DNA from: Anaerolineales bacterium
GTDB taxonomy: Bacteria; Chloroflexota; Anaerolineae; Anaerolineales; Villigracilaceae
Direction: 5' to 3'
Assembly (NCBI GenBank): GCA_046328925.1
Contig: JAXLVT010000002.1
Coordinates: 129,949-193,948, forward strand
Length of the DNA stretch: 64,000 bases
In this document: positions 48,872-58,566 of the stretch, piece by piece
Layout: each line of letters begins with the position of its first letter
Numbering within the stretch: position 1 is the stretch's first letter
The notes under the pieces: generated by a model
The model's input: the letters and a program-made list of their open reading frames with translations, nothing else
Database searches by the model: none
Told to the model about the DNA's origin: nothing
Made by a program: the position numbers and the translations under genes

Positions 48872-49966
48872 ATGGAACACGTTATTCTGTTGGTCGACGA
48901 TAATCGAGATGTGCTCAAGTTATTGCGCTCCACACTTGATTCTCTGAAGAAGCCCGAACTAAAGATATTGGAAGCTCCTTCAGGGGAAGAGGCCATGCTC
49001 GAATCGTCTAGAAAGAAAATCGATTTGTTGATTACAGATTTTCTTTTGCCCGGCATGAATGGCGTAGAGTTAATGCATAAGGTTCGTGCTCGTCATCCAG
49101 AAGTAAAAGTAATCTTAATCAGCGGTATTAGTGAGCGCAAAACGCGTGAACAAATGTTGAATGCGGGAGCATTGGCTGTGTTTAATAAGCCAGTCCCGAT
49201 TGCTGATTTTTTGGATTCCGTTGAACGTGGACTTGGGCTGGTTCGAACCATCTTCCCACCTGAAAAAGTAGACGAAAAAACTGAAGCGCGTCATGCGCGT
49301 ATTTCAGATTTGCTTGCCAACTTCAGGCAGGATTTTAACGCCCAGGCAGTATTCCTCATTAATGACCGCGGCCTCGTGCAGGCTCGTGCAGGAAGTTTAG
49401 CAGATAGCAGCCTTGAAGTTTCCACCATCTCTGCTTTGATGGCAATCCATCATGCTGGATTGAAAGTTGCGAAGAATAATCATCAGGAAGTGCTTGATTC
49501 CTATCATGTATTTCGTGCAGGCGATAACGATTTGATTTTTATCCCAGTCAATCCAATGTATGCATTGTTGGTGGCTGGTGACGCTTTGGCTACAGAAGAC
49601 CGAATTCTTGAAACTGTGAACGGTGTTTCGGCTTTGCGTAAGGAAGCAGAGCGAGCTTTGAAGTCTATGGGAATGACTGGTGAGTTGCACTCCATTTCAC
49701 CTAAGACAATTCCCATCCCACCACGCGCTTCCGAACCTGCGCCCGAACCGTCGCCGAAGAAACAAACCGATCGATTGTCTGCCCCACCCGCCCCTGAGAT
49801 GGAAGCGCTCCTTAAAGATGCTTCTGCGAAAAAGGCACAGCCATCCAATGTGGATGACTTTTGGAATCAGGCCGCAGAACAACATGGAAAAAAGCCCAGT
49901 AGTTCGAAAGTTCTCACCCTGGAACAGGCCAAACAAATGGGGTTGCTGGATGAGGGAAAGCAGTAA
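48872..49966 (+). CDS. Response regulator: REC + Roadblock/LC7-like domain + Pro-rich tail
   Basis: LLVDD, ITDFLLPGMNG, ISG, KP; middle domain AQAVFLINDRGLVQARAG resembles Roadblock/MglB. Confidence 0.8.
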   Translation: MEHVILLVDDNRDVLKLLRSTLDSLKKPELKILEAPSGEEAMLESSRKKIDLLITDFLLPGMNGVELMHKVRARHPEVKVILISGISERKTREQMLNAGALAVFNKPVPIADFLDSVERGLGLVRTIFPPEKVDEKTEARHARISDLLANFRQDFNAQAVFLINDRGLVQARAGSLADSSLEVSTISALMAIHHAGLKVAKNNHQEVLDSYHVFRAGDNDLIFIPVNPMYALLVAGDALATEDRILETVNGVSALRKEAERALKSMGMTGELHSISPKTIPIPPRASEPAPEPSPKKQTDRLSAPPAPEMEALLKDASAKKAQPSNVDDFWNQAAEQHGKKPSSSKVLTLEQAKQMGLLDEGKQ

Positions 49967-49996
49967 AAAATTGTGATACAATTTGCCCCGCTCAAT

Positions 49997-50067
49997 TGGG
50001 GCATGGTGCAACGGCAGCACACCAGCCTTTGGAGCTGTGGATCTTGGTTCGAGTCCAGGTGCCCCAG
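49997..50067 (+). tRNA. tRNA-Gln(TTG)
   Basis: TGGGGCA/TGCCCCA acceptor stem, CAGC-CT-TTG-GA-GCTG anticodon arm, GGTTCGAGTCC T-arm; CCA not encoded. Confidence 0.95.
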
Positions 50068-50170
50068 TTATATCGATCCCGCGTGAGCGCGGGGACTACT
50101 CTCAAAAAGACAGGACTTTGTGCCAGAACATCGCACAAGCCTGTCTTTTGTGTTTACTAGAGGTGACTTT

Positions 50171-51532
50171 ATGAAAGTAACAGCCATTTTGTTAGCCGCA
50201 GGTCAGGGGACGCGCATGAAATCAAACCTGCCCAAGGTTTTGCATCCAGTTGCAGGGAAACCCATGATCTGGCATGCCTTGGAAGCGATTAAACAATCAA
50301 CAACAGAACAACCTGTGGTGGTGGTAGGACATGGTGCCGAAGCTGTAACAAAATATCTTGAAGGTTCGGCTCAAACAGTTTTACAAGAACCTCAGTTGGG
50401 AACCGGGCACGCTGTTATGCAAGCGGAGTCTTTGCTTAAAGGCAAGACCGACCTCGTTGTAGTTTGTTATGGGGATATGCCACTATTGCGTGGCGAAACT
50501 TTGCAAAAATTAGTTGAGACACAAAAGAATAATAAAGGTCCCATTTCCATGCTGACCGTGGTCTCTGAAGATCCACGGGGCTTTGGAAGAATCATCAGAA
50601 AGCCTGATGGCACAGTGGAGGCTATTGTTGAAGAATATGTCGCCACGGCTGAACAGTTACAGGTCAAAGAGTTGAACGTAGGTGGCTATTGTTTCGATGC
50701 GAATTGGCTTTGGGATGCTTTACATCGCATTCCAAAGAATCCGAAAAAAGGTGAATATTATTTAACGGATACCGTTGAACTTGCTTCCAGAGATGGGTTG
50801 TCTGTGCAGGCTACTGTAATGAATGATTTGGAAGAGACTATTGGTGTAAATACACGAGTCCATCTTTCAGAAGTAGAAGTTGCCATGAAGAGACGGATTA
50901 ATCAAACTCACATGCTCAATGGCGTGACGATGGTTGATCCATCCTCTGTTTATATTGAGGCAGGTGTACAGATTGGCAAGGATACTGTCATCATGCCAAA
51001 TACATATGTGCACGGTACAACCGAAATTGGGGAAGGAAATGTCATTGGTCCCAATTCCATTATCCGTGATTCGAAGATTGGGAATGGCTGTAAAATCCTT
51101 GCTTCTTTGATGGAAGGTGCCTGGTTGGAAGATGATGTAGATATGGGTCCCTTTGCTCGTTTGCGTAAAGGTGCTCATTTAGGAAATCATGTTCATATGG
51201 GGAATTTTGGAGAAGTAAAAGATTCCTATCTTGCGGATGGAGTCAAAATGGGACATTTCTCATATATTGGCAATGCGCAAATTGGAAGCGGTACGAATAT
51301 TGGCGCAGGCACAATCACTTGTAATTACGATGGCGAAAAGAAACATGCCACTGAAATTGGAGAAGATGTCTTCATTGGGTCTGATACCATGTTGGTGGCT
51401 CCATTGAAAATTGGAACAGGTGCAAGAACGGGAGCTGGGGCTGTCGTGACCAAAAATGTTCCAGAAGATACTCTTGTTGTGGGTATGCCTGCACGTGCAA
51501 TTAAGAAACTTGAAAGAAAACCCAAAAAGTAA
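50171..51532 (+). CDS. glmU: Bifunctional UDP-GlcNAc pyrophosphorylase/GlcN-1-P acetyltransferase
   Basis: LAAGQGTRMKSNLPKVLH, QLGTGHA, EYYLTD, GNFGEVK, NIGAGTITCNYDG. Confidence 0.97.
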   Translation: MKVTAILLAAGQGTRMKSNLPKVLHPVAGKPMIWHALEAIKQSTTEQPVVVVGHGAEAVTKYLEGSAQTVLQEPQLGTGHAVMQAESLLKGKTDLVVVCYGDMPLLRGETLQKLVETQKNNKGPISMLTVVSEDPRGFGRIIRKPDGTVEAIVEEYVATAEQLQVKELNVGGYCFDANWLWDALHRIPKNPKKGEYYLTDTVELASRDGLSVQATVMNDLEETIGVNTRVHLSEVEVAMKRRINQTHMLNGVTMVDPSSVYIEAGVQIGKDTVIMPNTYVHGTTEIGEGNVIGPNSIIRDSKIGNGCKILASLMEGAWLEDDVDMGPFARLRKGAHLGNHVHMGNFGEVKDSYLADGVKMGHFSYIGNAQIGSGTNIGAGTITCNYDGEKKHATEIGEDVFIGSDTMLVAPLKIGTGARTGAGAVVTKNVPEDTLVVGMPARAIKKLERKPKK

Positions 51533-51543
51533 AAGGCGAAAAA

Positions 51544-51948
51544 ATGACACTGACAAAAGATGAAAGACAGGCATTGATTGACCTTGCCGCTGAAGCCAGA
51601 AGGCGTTCTTATGTTCCTTATTCCAATTATCCAGTTGGGGCGGCATTAAGAACAAAAAGTGGTCGCTTATATACCGGAGTCAATATTGAGAATGCTGCTT
51701 ATCCTCAAACCATGTGTGCTGAACGGGTTGCGATTTTCAAGGCAGTTTCTGAAGGCGAGACTGAATTTGAAGTTATTGCCGTAGTGACCAACAACGGTGG
51801 CTCACCTTGCGGTGGTTGTAGACAGGTCATGGCTGAGTTTGGTTTGGATACACTTGTGTTGATTGCAGATGGAAATGGAGTTTTGCATAAAGAAATGAGC
51901 GTCGCTGAGTTATTGCCCGAGGCATTTACGCCAAAGCATTTGCAGTAA
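51544..51948 (+). CDS. cdd: Cytidine deaminase (homotetrameric)
   Basis: YVPYSNYPVGAA, GVNIENAAY, CAERVA, PCGGCRQ. Confidence 0.96.
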   Translation: MTLTKDERQALIDLAAEARRRSYVPYSNYPVGAALRTKSGRLYTGVNIENAAYPQTMCAERVAIFKAVSEGETEFEVIAVVTNNGGSPCGGCRQVMAEFGLDTLVLIADGNGVLHKEMSVAELLPEAFTPKHLQ

Positions 51949-52706
51949 TGTCTGATTTTCGTTCGTTTCGTGCTTCTGCTGTCGTTGTCCGCCATGCTGA
52001 TTGGGGAGAGGCAGATCGTTTGCTCACTTTGTATACGCGGGAGCAGGGAATGGTGCGCGCCCTAGCAAAAGGTGCACGCAAGATGACCTCTCGTAAAGCA
52101 GGTCATTTACAGCCATTTACTTATATTACTGTGCAACTCTCAAAAGGACGTGATTTATTAATCATTACACAAGTGGAGACTGTAAATGCATTCCTTCCCT
52201 TGCATGATGATTTGGTCAAGACCAGTTATGCTGCTTATATTTTTGAACTGTTACTAAGATTTTCATACGAAGAAGAGGGCGGAAATCCAACCATATTTAA
52301 ATTGCTCATTGATACTTTGGATCGACTAGAGAAGGAAGTTGATGCCTGGCTGGCGATTCGGTATTATGAAATGCGATTGTTGGATGCGGTGGGGTTTCGT
52401 CCGCAATTGTTTGAGTGTGCAAATTGCGGACGTACAATTTTGCCTGAAGACCAATATTTTTCTTTTACTGCAGGTGGAGTGATATGTCCGCGCTGTGGCG
52501 AGGGATTACCAAACCTGATGAAAATTTCAATTGAGGCTCTAAAATATTTACGCCATTTTCAAAGATCCAGCTATAGAGATGCCTCTCGGGCACAGCCCAG
52601 TTCAGAGGTTAAGAAAGAGGCGGAAGTTTTGATGCAGGGATATTTTTCTCATTTACTGGAGCGGCAATTAAATACGCCTGGTTTTATTAAGCGAGTCAAA
52701 TCATGA
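51948..52706 (+). CDS. recO: DNA repair protein RecO
   Basis: GEADRLLTLYTREQG, AKGARK, zinc finger CANC...CPRC. Confidence 0.95.
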   Translation: MSDFRSFRASAVVVRHADWGEADRLLTLYTREQGMVRALAKGARKMTSRKAGHLQPFTYITVQLSKGRDLLIITQVETVNAFLPLHDDLVKTSYAAYIFELLLRFSYEEEGGNPTIFKLLIDTLDRLEKEVDAWLAIRYYEMRLLDAVGFRPQLFECANCGRTILPEDQYFSFTAGGVICPRCGEGLPNLMKISIEALKYLRHFQRSSYRDASRAQPSSEVKKEAEVLMQGYFSHLLERQLNTPGFIKRVKS

Positions 52707-53074
52707 CCGAGATTTTGTTTTTGAATGAAAAGCAATTTGATAAGACACATACGTTGACAGTTGGTCTTAATATGGATGGGCATTTGGTGTTTGACGATGG
52801 GGAATATTTTCCTGCCTTGGATAGTCATGAAAGCTACGAGGTAGCCGACTATTTGACGGTCCATGCAGGATATAAAAAACGTCTGCTTCATCTGTTAGGA
52901 GATGTTTTGGATGGCGTAAGTGAAACCTGTGGCGTAAATGACGATGAACGGTTGCTATCGATTTTGGAACGCGCGGCACATCGTGAGTATTGGAAATCGT
53001 TGGGAGAGATTGAGGAGTGGTTGCAGGATCGTGGAATTCCGTTTACGAAACAACGATGGGTTGACACTAAATGA
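52703..53074 (+). CDS. Hypothetical protein
   Basis: ATGA-coupled to recO; no recognised motif. Confidence 0.6.
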   Translation: MTEILFLNEKQFDKTHTLTVGLNMDGHLVFDDGEYFPALDSHESYEVADYLTVHAGYKKRLLHLLGDVLDGVSETCGVNDDERLLSILERAAHREYWKSLGEIEEWLQDRGIPFTKQRWVDTK

Positions 53075-53090
53075 GCTGACCTTTGTCAGC

Positions 53091-53849
53091 TCATTTTTTT
53101 TTGATTCTGCGAACAAAACTTTCTGCCAATTTTCTTGTGTTGATGGGTTGGGTTGCTGAACTGGTATCAGAAGCATACCCGAATCTTCTTAACGTTATGC
53201 GGCGTACCCAACTGAGGATGGCCCGCGCTGAGAATTCTTCTTCGTATGGAATGGGAACTGTGGTGTTGTGTTCAATTGCATTGCGCAGATCCTGTGCAGT
53301 TTTCCCTGAGAATTCTGTACGCCCTGCACCAATGGCCCAATAGACATGCGCGTCACTGGATGCAATTTTTGCCAGTGGCAGGTAAATGGAAAGTTTTTGT
53401 GCGATGGTATCAAAGGCCTGTGTGCCCATGTTGTGAGTTTCCATGCCTTTGAGTACAGCCTTGGCGCGCGGATTGGTAAGTGCGCCTACCACGGCTTCCA
53501 TGCTAAGGCTGCCTGGTAAGTTATTAAATGGATGTGGGGCGATTGCAATCCCGCCTTGCTTGCCAATAAAAAATAAGGTGTCTAGTAAGGATAACCCTGC
53601 TGGCGGAAGTTTCTCGATGAAGAGAGCTACCAAATGGCCTTCTCTGGTTGTGACTTCGGCGCCAACCACCACCTCAATATTAAACTCTTTTGCCAAACTG
53701 CGTGCTTCAAGAGCGCCGCGAATTTCATCGTGGTCTGTGATTGCAATGACATCCAAGTTAACATCGGCGGCTTGTTTAAGAACGGCTCGAACGGTGGTGG
53801 TTGCATCGTGGGAGTAAGTGCTATGTACGTGCAGGTCTGCGGTGCCCAT
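53091..53849 (-). CDS. PHP-domain metal-dependent phosphoesterase (TrpH-like)
   Basis: DLHVHS, AITDHD, GAEVTT, APHP, SDAH. Confidence 0.9.
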   Translation of the reverse strand: MGTADLHVHSTYSHDATTTVRAVLKQAADVNLDVIAITDHDEIRGALEARSLAKEFNIEVVVGAEVTTREGHLVALFIEKLPPAGLSLLDTLFFIGKQGGIAIAPHPFNNLPGSLSMEAVVGALTNPRAKAVLKGMETHNMGTQAFDTIAQKLSIYLPLAKIASSDAHVYWAIGAGRTEFSGKTAQDLRNAIEHNTTVPIPYEEEFSARAILSWVRRITLRRFGYASDTSSATQPINTRKLAESFVRRIKKK

Positions 53850-53883
53850 AAAAAATTAAATTCCCTGTTGAGAAGATTATACG

Positions 53884-55026
53884 TTACATTTTGTGGAGTT
53901 CGTGGTTTTGCTTTTGAATGATTTTGAAGTATCTATCTTTTAAATCAATTAATGGTTTTTCAAGAAGGTAAAAACTAAGTGTTGCCATCAAAAGCGTTGC
54001 TGTCATTGTAATTACAAAGGTTATCGGAGAGCGGACAGAATAAGGAAAGCCATATTTACGAAATATAGCCATACTAATTGCAATAATGCCATAGTGATAG
54101 ACATACAGCCCATAAGAGATTTTTCCAAGATAGCGTAGTGGGGGCAAATCTAGAAAACTTGTGAACAGATTTGTGTGGGCAACACAGTAGATCAAAACAG
54201 CAAAAAGATAATTTAATAATGTGTAGCCCCATACTTCTTTATAGAACCCTGTCATGGGAAGATCATATCCAAGAGCTGAGGTGAAGGTCCCTTTTGATAG
54301 ATAATCGGTCAGCAAACCTATGGTGGGTACACTTATAGTCAGAGCTAATAATTGTAATCGTGGACGTGGCAATTCAAAACGCGAAATGTAAGCGCCAAAT
54401 GCAAAAGCATCGAGATGCGAGAAAGGCAAAACATTTACCGCTTGTTGTGGGTCCCCCAATAAAAATGAAAAAGCTTGAGCTCGATAGATGAAAGTAATGA
54501 TGAGGCGAAAGACAAACCCCAACCCAATTGCGGTAAAACATAATTGTTTAAATTTTTCGCGCGGTGTCAGGAAGATCAATAAAGGCCAAATTAAATAAAA
54601 TTGCTCTTCCACTGATAAAGACCAGAGGTGTGTAAAGAAGCGGCTACGTACAAAAAAGGAACTGGCATGAAAAAAATCGTAGACGTAGAAAACAGCCACC
54701 CAAATCTGATTAATAAATCCTGCCCCGATTTCACTTTTGAGTGGATTGAGCTTTAGAGTTGGTAAGTAGTAAATTAGGAAAGCCAACAAGATTAAGTAAA
54801 AATAATATAGAGGGAAGATTCGTAAAAATCTACGCCCATAAAATTTTGTGAAATATTCTCGGCGTGGCAGCTTTTCCTTCATCTTCAATAAAATGTCAGT
54901 AATCAGAAAGCCTGATAACACGAAAAATAATTGCACACCCATCCAGCCAAAAGGGAGGTTGCGTGTGTGAAAGAAAAATACAATTAAGAACGCAACCGCT
55001 CTTAAGCCATCCAAGCCTGCAATCAT
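53884..55026 (-). CDS. Acyltransferase-3 family membrane O-acyltransferase
   Basis: LDGLRAVA, GVQLFFVLSGFLIT, RRFLRIFP, HLWSLSVEEQFY, LGKISYGLY. Confidence 0.93.
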   Translation of the reverse strand: MIAGLDGLRAVAFLIVFFFHTRNLPFGWMGVQLFFVLSGFLITDILLKMKEKLPRREYFTKFYGRRFLRIFPLYYFYLILLAFLIYYLPTLKLNPLKSEIGAGFINQIWVAVFYVYDFFHASSFFVRSRFFTHLWSLSVEEQFYLIWPLLIFLTPREKFKQLCFTAIGLGFVFRLIITFIYRAQAFSFLLGDPQQAVNVLPFSHLDAFAFGAYISRFELPRPRLQLLALTISVPTIGLLTDYLSKGTFTSALGYDLPMTGFYKEVWGYTLLNYLFAVLIYCVAHTNLFTSFLDLPPLRYLGKISYGLYVYHYGIIAISMAIFRKYGFPYSVRSPITFVITMTATLLMATLSFYLLEKPLIDLKDRYFKIIQKQNHELHKM

Positions 55027-56186
55027 TTAAGTCTTTTGCTCCAGTTCAAAACAAATACCCATGCGACAAGTAACACGATGGGTTGTAAAAATCTCCATAA
55101 GAGGATTTGAAACCATTTCCATTTGATGGGATAAACAATGTAAGTGATGATCCAACGTGCGAATAAGGTTTGACCCAGCCCGCTTCGTCCTAACCGACGC
55201 TTGTAGCCACGAAATGAAAAATCGCCTTGCTGGAAAGACTCTGCAATCTCGCGTGCTGCTACAGCGCCGTATCCTAGTGCAATGCTAATTCCTTCACCGA
55301 AGATTGAATCTGCACCAACCGCATCGCCAACCAAAATCACATGCGGCACCGATGGGGTGTTCCACGGTGTGTACCAGCGGATGGGATGTCCTTTGACTTC
55401 GTACTCGCCCAAATCATACCCGTGAAGTTTCATTTCTTCTGCTAGGGGTTCCTTTAATGCTGGGCGTTTTTCATTGGCGAGGATATTTGTATCATACACT
55501 CCCCAACAGCGCATCAGTTGACCATTTTGTTGAGATGGGAAATCCCATACATAGCCAGCAATATTTTCTGGGACAGGAAAGAAATCAAAAAACGCGACAT
55601 TCTCTCTTTCTTTCCCAAAAGTTTGAAGTTGTGTGGAAGATGAATAGGCTGGAGTGAGTAATTCCAATACGCGTGCAGTTTGGACGGGTTCTTTGGGCAA
55701 AATGCAACGGCGTGTGATTCCATTGGAGCCATCGGCACCGACAACAATTTGTGCGCGAAATTTTCCCTGATTTGTTTCAACCGTTACTCCATTTTCATCT
55801 GGAATTACGTTGGTAACTTTGATGCCTTCTTGAATTTCGATGTTTGCTTCGCAGACCTTTTGTGCTAGCCAGTCATCGAACTCATTTCGGCGGATGACAC
55901 GCAAGGTGTGTTTATTAGGATTGCGGACTGTGAGTCCTTTGCCCGCAAAATCAAAGCGGATTTTTTCCACATCCACATGAGGTACTTCACGTACATCGAG
56001 GCCAAGGCGCTCGAGTATCACTTCTGCATCGAGCACCAGGCCGCCTGCACACAGCTTGTGTCGTGGATAATGTTCCTTTTCGAGAATCAGGATTCGGGAG
56101 GTGAGATGCGGAGCAATCTTGACAAGATGCAACGCTGTGGAGAGTCCGCTGGGGCCACCGCCGAGAATCAGAATATCCTTTTCCAT
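55023..56186 (-). CDS. FAD-dependent oxidoreductase (geranylgeranyl reductase-like)
   Basis: GGGPSG, YPRHKLCAGG, RNEFD, VGADG, LVGDA..GEGI. Start MEKDIL. Confidence 0.87.
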   Translation of the reverse strand: MEKDILILGGGPSGLSTALHLVKIAPHLTSRILILEKEHYPRHKLCAGGLVLDAEVILERLGLDVREVPHVDVEKIRFDFAGKGLTVRNPNKHTLRVIRRNEFDDWLAQKVCEANIEIQEGIKVTNVIPDENGVTVETNQGKFRAQIVVGADGSNGITRRCILPKEPVQTARVLELLTPAYSSSTQLQTFGKERENVAFFDFFPVPENIAGYVWDFPSQQNGQLMRCWGVYDTNILANEKRPALKEPLAEEMKLHGYDLGEYEVKGHPIRWYTPWNTPSVPHVILVGDAVGADSIFGEGISIALGYGAVAAREIAESFQQGDFSFRGYKRRLGRSGLGQTLFARWIITYIVYPIKWKWFQILLWRFLQPIVLLVAWVFVLNWSKRLK

Positions 56187-56240
56187 GGTTGACCTATTTT
56201 GCCATAAAATCAAGCATCTGAACAAATAGGAGTGTGTGTG

Positions 56241-57050
56241 ATGCGTGTATTAATGCCAATGGGCGGGGCGCTGGATGAATTGAAAAAGCCAGAGGTGTTG
56301 TTGGAGTTTGTCAAACGGTGTGGTGGGAAGCGCGCTCGAATTGTTGTTTTTCCGCAAGCATCTGCCAGACGTGATACGGGGAAAGAGTATGTTGAGATGT
56401 TTAAAGCAATGGGTGCGAAGAGTGTCGTTTCTTTTGAGTTTCGAAAAAGAGCTGAAGCTGGTTCGAAAGAACAAGTGGATGCGATTCGGAATGCGACGGG
56501 AATCTTTTTTTCTGGAGGCACTCAGATGCGGATTTTTGTTGCCATGTCTGGTAGTGTGTTGGAGAAAGAATTGATGCGCGCATATCAGCGTGGATGCGTA
56601 ATAGGGGGAACCAGCGCAGGTGCTTCGATTTTATCCAAGACGATGATTGTGAATGGAAAAAGCGGTCCTACTCCGCACGAACAGATTGTACAATTTGCTC
56701 CGGGGTTGGGATTTACCGACCAGTTTGTGTTTGATCAACACTTTCGACAACGAGACCGTTTGGGACGTTTGATTTATGCAGTGTGTACGGCTCCTGGGGT
56801 TTTCGGAGTAGGGATTGATGAAGATACTGCCGCGATTGTTGAGAACGAATCAAGAGTGACGGTGTGCGGCTCAGGTGCCGTTACGATTGTGGATGGACAA
56901 GGCATTACTGATACGGATGTGGCTGAAGTTGAAAACGGGGGAACGGTGGCCGTCTCTAATTTGACTGTGCATGTTTTGACACGCGGTTGTGTGTTTAATA
57001 CAAAACTGCGGAAGGTTACGCTTCCGCAGAAAAAACTTTTAGTGGATTAA
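56241..57050 (+). CDS. cphB: Cyanophycinase (peptidase S51)
   Basis: FSGGTQ, GGTSAGA, DQHFRQRDRLGRL, GIDEDTA. Start MRVLMP behind AGGAG. Confidence 0.85.
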   Translation: MRVLMPMGGALDELKKPEVLLEFVKRCGGKRARIVVFPQASARRDTGKEYVEMFKAMGAKSVVSFEFRKRAEAGSKEQVDAIRNATGIFFSGGTQMRIFVAMSGSVLEKELMRAYQRGCVIGGTSAGASILSKTMIVNGKSGPTPHEQIVQFAPGLGFTDQFVFDQHFRQRDRLGRLIYAVCTAPGVFGVGIDEDTAAIVENESRVTVCGSGAVTIVDGQGITDTDVAEVENGGTVAVSNLTVHVLTRGCVFNTKLRKVTLPQKKLLVD

Positions 57051-57070
57051 AAATTCAACCCCGATAATTC

Positions 57071-58429
57071 TTAGGCATAGGCACCAGACCAGGATTCAAA
57101 CCGACGACCATCGTGTTCATCTTCCTTGTAAAAAGTGAGATATGTGATGGCTTGATAAGGAACAAATTTTTGTTCCTTTAAATTTCTGACGGCAAGATCA
57201 TAATAAGAATGCCATGTGCCGGAGTTGAAATAAATCTGGCTTTGCTTGTTGCTGAGTCTGTCGAGCGGGACAATTTCGTGATGATGGGTATGCCCATACA
57301 CAATATATTGAGCACTGCCATTTAGAAACGCGGGTTCGCGCAAGGCATGATTTGCAAAAGAATGTTCTCCTCCCCATAATTTCTCATGAACCCATGAGAC
57401 TACATCATCAATTGTGGAAAAGGAAGCATGGTCTGAAATTTTAATCATCAACCGCATGGCATCCACAATATCAAACTTGAAGGCTTTATCTGCCTGACGA
57501 ACATAATCCAATTGCAGAAATTCATCGGCGATGTCGTCCCATACTTCTTTAATATCTTTTTCAAGCTTAGGCGAATCAATGTGACTGCGAATTTGTCCGC
57601 TAATCCACAAGGGGATGGCAAGCGACGGACGGATGTTGGTCATGCGTCGCAAGCCATTGACTAGCTTCTCTGGAAGTTGTTCTTTGTAGCGTTTTTCAAC
57701 TTCAACGGGGAAACGATTGCATACATCCATGGTGAAGACATCTCCAATGGTGCCGTGATCGCGTCCTTTTTCACGGTCAAAGTTGAAGCTGTCATAATAG
57801 TCACCATGTAACCCATAGACTTTATATCTTGCAAAGAGATCTTTGAGCATGAGATCTTCGTCCAATGTATATGGAAATGAAGAGATAGAGTTATGCAACC
57901 CCATGGCGTTGATAATTTCTTGCCGAATCTGGTCGAAGGCTTCCCCCTTCAGGTGATAATACCAGTCGTGATTTCCGACCATGTAATGAATGCGGAGTTT
58001 GACAGGGATGCGTTTTTTGGTTCTGTAATCAGGTACGCCTTTTTTCGTTGCTGGGGTAATTTGTAAGATTTCACCATGGGCGCATTGACGTAGAATCTCC
58101 ATGGCGTTCTTATTTTTTTCGATGATGGCACGAGTGACTTGAGAAAGCTTTTCAGCATAGCGTGGATTGTTCGTGTCAGACCACGGGCGGATGTAATCAG
58201 CATCGCCGGGCATGGTATCCAGCCAGAGCGTGGAATGAAGCGGGTCGATGATGTCACCCATTAACACTAAATCCACATCTTCAATGGGGAGATATTTTCC
58301 ATCTTTTCGCCATGAAGCAAATTGAATCGTCTCTTGCAGGCGGCCTGCAAATAGCTCAAAGGCACTGGTTGGGATGGGGTTGGCAGTGGTGCCATCGCCG
58401 AGATGAAGATCGCTGATGATGAGAAGCAT
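57071..58429 (-). CDS. Calcineurin-like metallophosphoesterase, large form
   Basis: ISDLH, GDIID, GNHD, HGD, GHTH, NSGTW. Confidence 0.88.
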   Translation of the reverse strand: MLLIISDLHLGDGTTANPIPTSAFELFAGRLQETIQFASWRKDGKYLPIEDVDLVLMGDIIDPLHSTLWLDTMPGDADYIRPWSDTNNPRYAEKLSQVTRAIIEKNKNAMEILRQCAHGEILQITPATKKGVPDYRTKKRIPVKLRIHYMVGNHDWYYHLKGEAFDQIRQEIINAMGLHNSISSFPYTLDEDLMLKDLFARYKVYGLHGDYYDSFNFDREKGRDHGTIGDVFTMDVCNRFPVEVEKRYKEQLPEKLVNGLRRMTNIRPSLAIPLWISGQIRSHIDSPKLEKDIKEVWDDIADEFLQLDYVRQADKAFKFDIVDAMRLMIKISDHASFSTIDDVVSWVHEKLWGGEHSFANHALREPAFLNGSAQYIVYGHTHHHEIVPLDRLSNKQSQIYFNSGTWHSYYDLAVRNLKEQKFVPYQAITYLTFYKEDEHDGRRFESWSGAYA

Positions 58430-58566
58430 GTTTGAATTATAGATGAAGATATAGAAGATTTGTGTAAACGAATGATTGCAGGATTTACTAGTTGGATTCT
58501 AGGGTAGGTTTGATTATAATTTCTGTACTTATCCCGCTTATATGTTGACACTTTATAAAGGTAACC

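Noticed and set aside
49997-50100. tRNA-Gln as an island integration site
   Set aside because: Followed directly by housekeeping glmU-cdd-recO; no integrase or duplicated tRNA 3' end seen.
49983-50174. 63-aa ORF overlapping the tRNA
   Set aside because: It is a spurious translation of the tRNA-Gln sequence.
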